The notes beneath the pieces are model-generated. The model was not told where the DNA came from. It did no database searches and was given only the letters and a program-made list of their open reading frames with translations. Made by a program: the position numbers and the translations under genes. DNA of 64,000 bases from the NCBI RefSeq assembly GCF_009914755.1, contig NC_060932.1; one strand, written 5' to 3'. This document shows positions 61,220 to 64,000 of this stretch, one piece after another. Each line of letters begins with the position of its first letter. Position 1 is the stretch's first letter. This DNA comes from the human T2T-CHM13v2.0 reference genome, Homo sapiens.

Positions 61220-61725
61220 TGAGGTAGAAAGCAGAACTCTACTCAGGAGATGGGACTTGACTCCAGAGATGAGGCTTGGACACTGGACGAGATTGAGTAC
61301 TAGCTTAAACAGGGCCAGGGAAGAAACAGCTTTCCATAAGGCATGCCTACCACTGTGTCATGTCAGTTTACAATTGCCATGGCAACACCTGAAAGGTACT
61401 GTCCCTTTCCATGTCAATAACCCAATGACTAGGAAGTTACCATCCTTTTTCTAGAAATCTCTGCATAATCCACCCTTTAATTTGCATATAATTAAAAGTG
61501 CATATAAATATGACTGCAGAATTGTCTCTGAGATGCTGCTCTGGGCACATTGCCTACGAAGCAGCCCTACTCTGCAAGGATGAGTACCTCTGCTGATGCT
61601 GTATGCTGCTGCTTCAACAAAAGTTGCTGTTTAACAGCACTGACCTGCCCTTTAATTCTTTCCTGGGTGAAGCCAGGAACCCTCTCAAGCTAAGGCCAAT
61701 GTGGGGGTTTGCCTCTCCTGCATCA
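61220..61725 (+). mobile_element. ERV1 solo LTR (MER66B-like)
   Basis: TGAGGTAG start; gggacttgactcc...ttgagtactagcttaaacaggg; ttgccatggcaac; ends cctgcatCA. Confidence 0.75.
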
Positions 61726-61848
61726 AATGCACTACATTTTGCTTATCCATTTACCAGTGATGCGCATTGGGTTGTTTCCTAAACAGACTTTTGTTCTTAA
61801 AACTGCATTGAAATTACTCTTACCCTTATTACAAAGTCTAATGGCTAA

Positions 61849-62159
<311 letters not shown>

Positions 62160-62288
62160 TAATTAATCACTTTTTAATCCAATTCATCTTTTCCCTTTTG
62201 ACAAAGTTTTAAAATTTTAATGTAATCTCCAGAACATCACATTTTCTTGCTGATTTGCTCGCTTCCCTTTCATTCCTCATTAGCCCAG

Positions 62289-62641
62289 TGTATTAGTCTG
62301 TTTTCATGCTGCTGATAAAAACATACCTAAGACTGGGAAGAAAAAGAGGTTTAATTGGACTTACAGCTCCACATGGCTGGGAAGTCCTCAGAATCATGGC
62401 GGGAGGCAAAAGGCACTTCTTACATGGTCGTGGCAAGAGAAAAATGTGGAAGAAGCAAAAGTGGAAACCCCTGATAAACCCATCAGCTCTCATGAGACTT
62501 ATTCAGTATCACAAGAACAGCACAGAAAAGACAGACCCTATTATTCAATTACCTCCCCTAGGTCCTTCCTAGAACACGGTGGAATTCTGGGAGATACAAT
62601 TCAAGTTGAGATTTGGGTGGGGACAAAGCCAAACCATATCA
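62289..62641 (-). mobile_element. THE1A-like MaLR solo LTR
   Basis: tgtattagtctgttttcatgctgctgataaa...gagatacaattcaagttgagatttgggtgggg...ccatatca. 5-bp TSD CCCA(G/T). Confidence 0.9.
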
Positions 62642-62679
62642 CCCATTCTGTTGGATAGGTCTTCTTTTGGTTTATAGAT

Positions 62680-62966
62680 CAGCGCTGTCCAATAGAAATT
62701 TAATTTGAACCATAAATGTAACATGAAATTATTTTTAGTGCTATATTTTATTTAATTCAGTGTATCCAAAATATTACCATTTCAACATATAGTAAATATA
62801 CATGTTTTTAATGAGATAATGTATTTAATACTATGTTTTTTATACTAAGTTCTTTTAAATCAAGTGGTTTGTTATTTACACTTTTAGCAAATCTCAATTC
62901 AGACTAACAAATTACAAGTTCTTAATAGCCACATGTAGCTAATGGCTACCATACTGAAAAACACAG
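62680..62966. mobile_element. MER33/MER3-like hAT-Charlie element
   Basis: cagcgctgtccaatagaa...aatagccacatgtagctaatggctaccatactg. Confidence 0.8.
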
Positions 62967-63489
62967 CTTTAGATCCTTGAAAGCCCCAGGGAAAAGCTTT
63001 CTAAACATTTTTCTTCCCTAACTATGTGTACTTCCTAGAGATATCACTTGGTCCCATGGCTTTAAAAGCCATCCACATACTGATGACTACCAAAGCCATA
63101 TAGTTAGCTTTGAATATTTAACTGGACAACTTTACTTTTATGACTAATAGTATCTTTAATATAACATTTTCAAAATATATCATTTCTACTCCTCCTTTCA
63201 AAATATTCTTATTCTTTTGCATTTTCCCATCTCAGTAAATATTGTCATTCTTCTCCTGTTGTTATAGTTAAACATTGGAAACATCTTTCCATTTCAGAAA
63301 GAAAGAAGAAATATTGATGTTTTAGTAACATGATGACAAATAGCTATCCATATATGGAAAATAGCAAAGTCAAATCCATACCTCACCACTTAAATCAAAA
63401 CAAATTTTAGATGAATTAAAAATGTAAAGTAAAAAATGCCAACAAAATGCAGTGGAAGGAAATGTCAGCATGTATGCATCAAGGAATAC

Positions 63490-63922
<433 letters not shown>

Positions 63923-64000
63923 TAAGAAATTTTTAAATGTTCATTTTCTCTTACCAGTTCTGGAAACTACTTACAATACATCTTGCCACATGTTTTAAAA

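Overview
This is human (or very close primate) genomic DNA, AT-rich and dense in repeats. It holds the 5' half of MSR1 (macrophage scavenger receptor 1, SR-A/CD204) on the minus strand. Non-coding exon 1 (donor after 29860) and coding exons 2-5 (14323-14429, 11624-11737, 4896-5308, 508-694) all have GT-AG boundaries and splice into residues 1-272: cytoplasmic tail, transmembrane helix, spacer and coiled coil. The collagen and SRCR exons lie beyond the left edge. A likely alternative 5' exon in intron 1 would add 18 N-terminal residues. The proximal promoter (PU.1 and AP-1/Ets motifs) and a motif cluster about 4.5 kb upstream are visible. The rest of the window, about 30.2-64 kb, is intergenic and filled with Alu, L1, L2, MIR, MaLR/ERV LTRs and DNA transposons. 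I found no convincing new gene or multi-gene system, and almost all other ORFs in the track are repeat-derived noise. The most interesting structures are: (1) a 1.6-kb palindromic AT-rich 34-bp VNTR whose 3-nt hairpin loop is flipped in a block of units; (2) an overlapping uORF that depends on TSS choice; (3) an L1 antisense promoter/ORF0 pointing at MSR1; (4) several unusual retrotransposition scars (twin-primed L1, inverted 5'UTR capture, hairpin micro-insertion). Repeat subfamily names come from recalled consensus features, not from a database search, and repeat boundaries are approximate.
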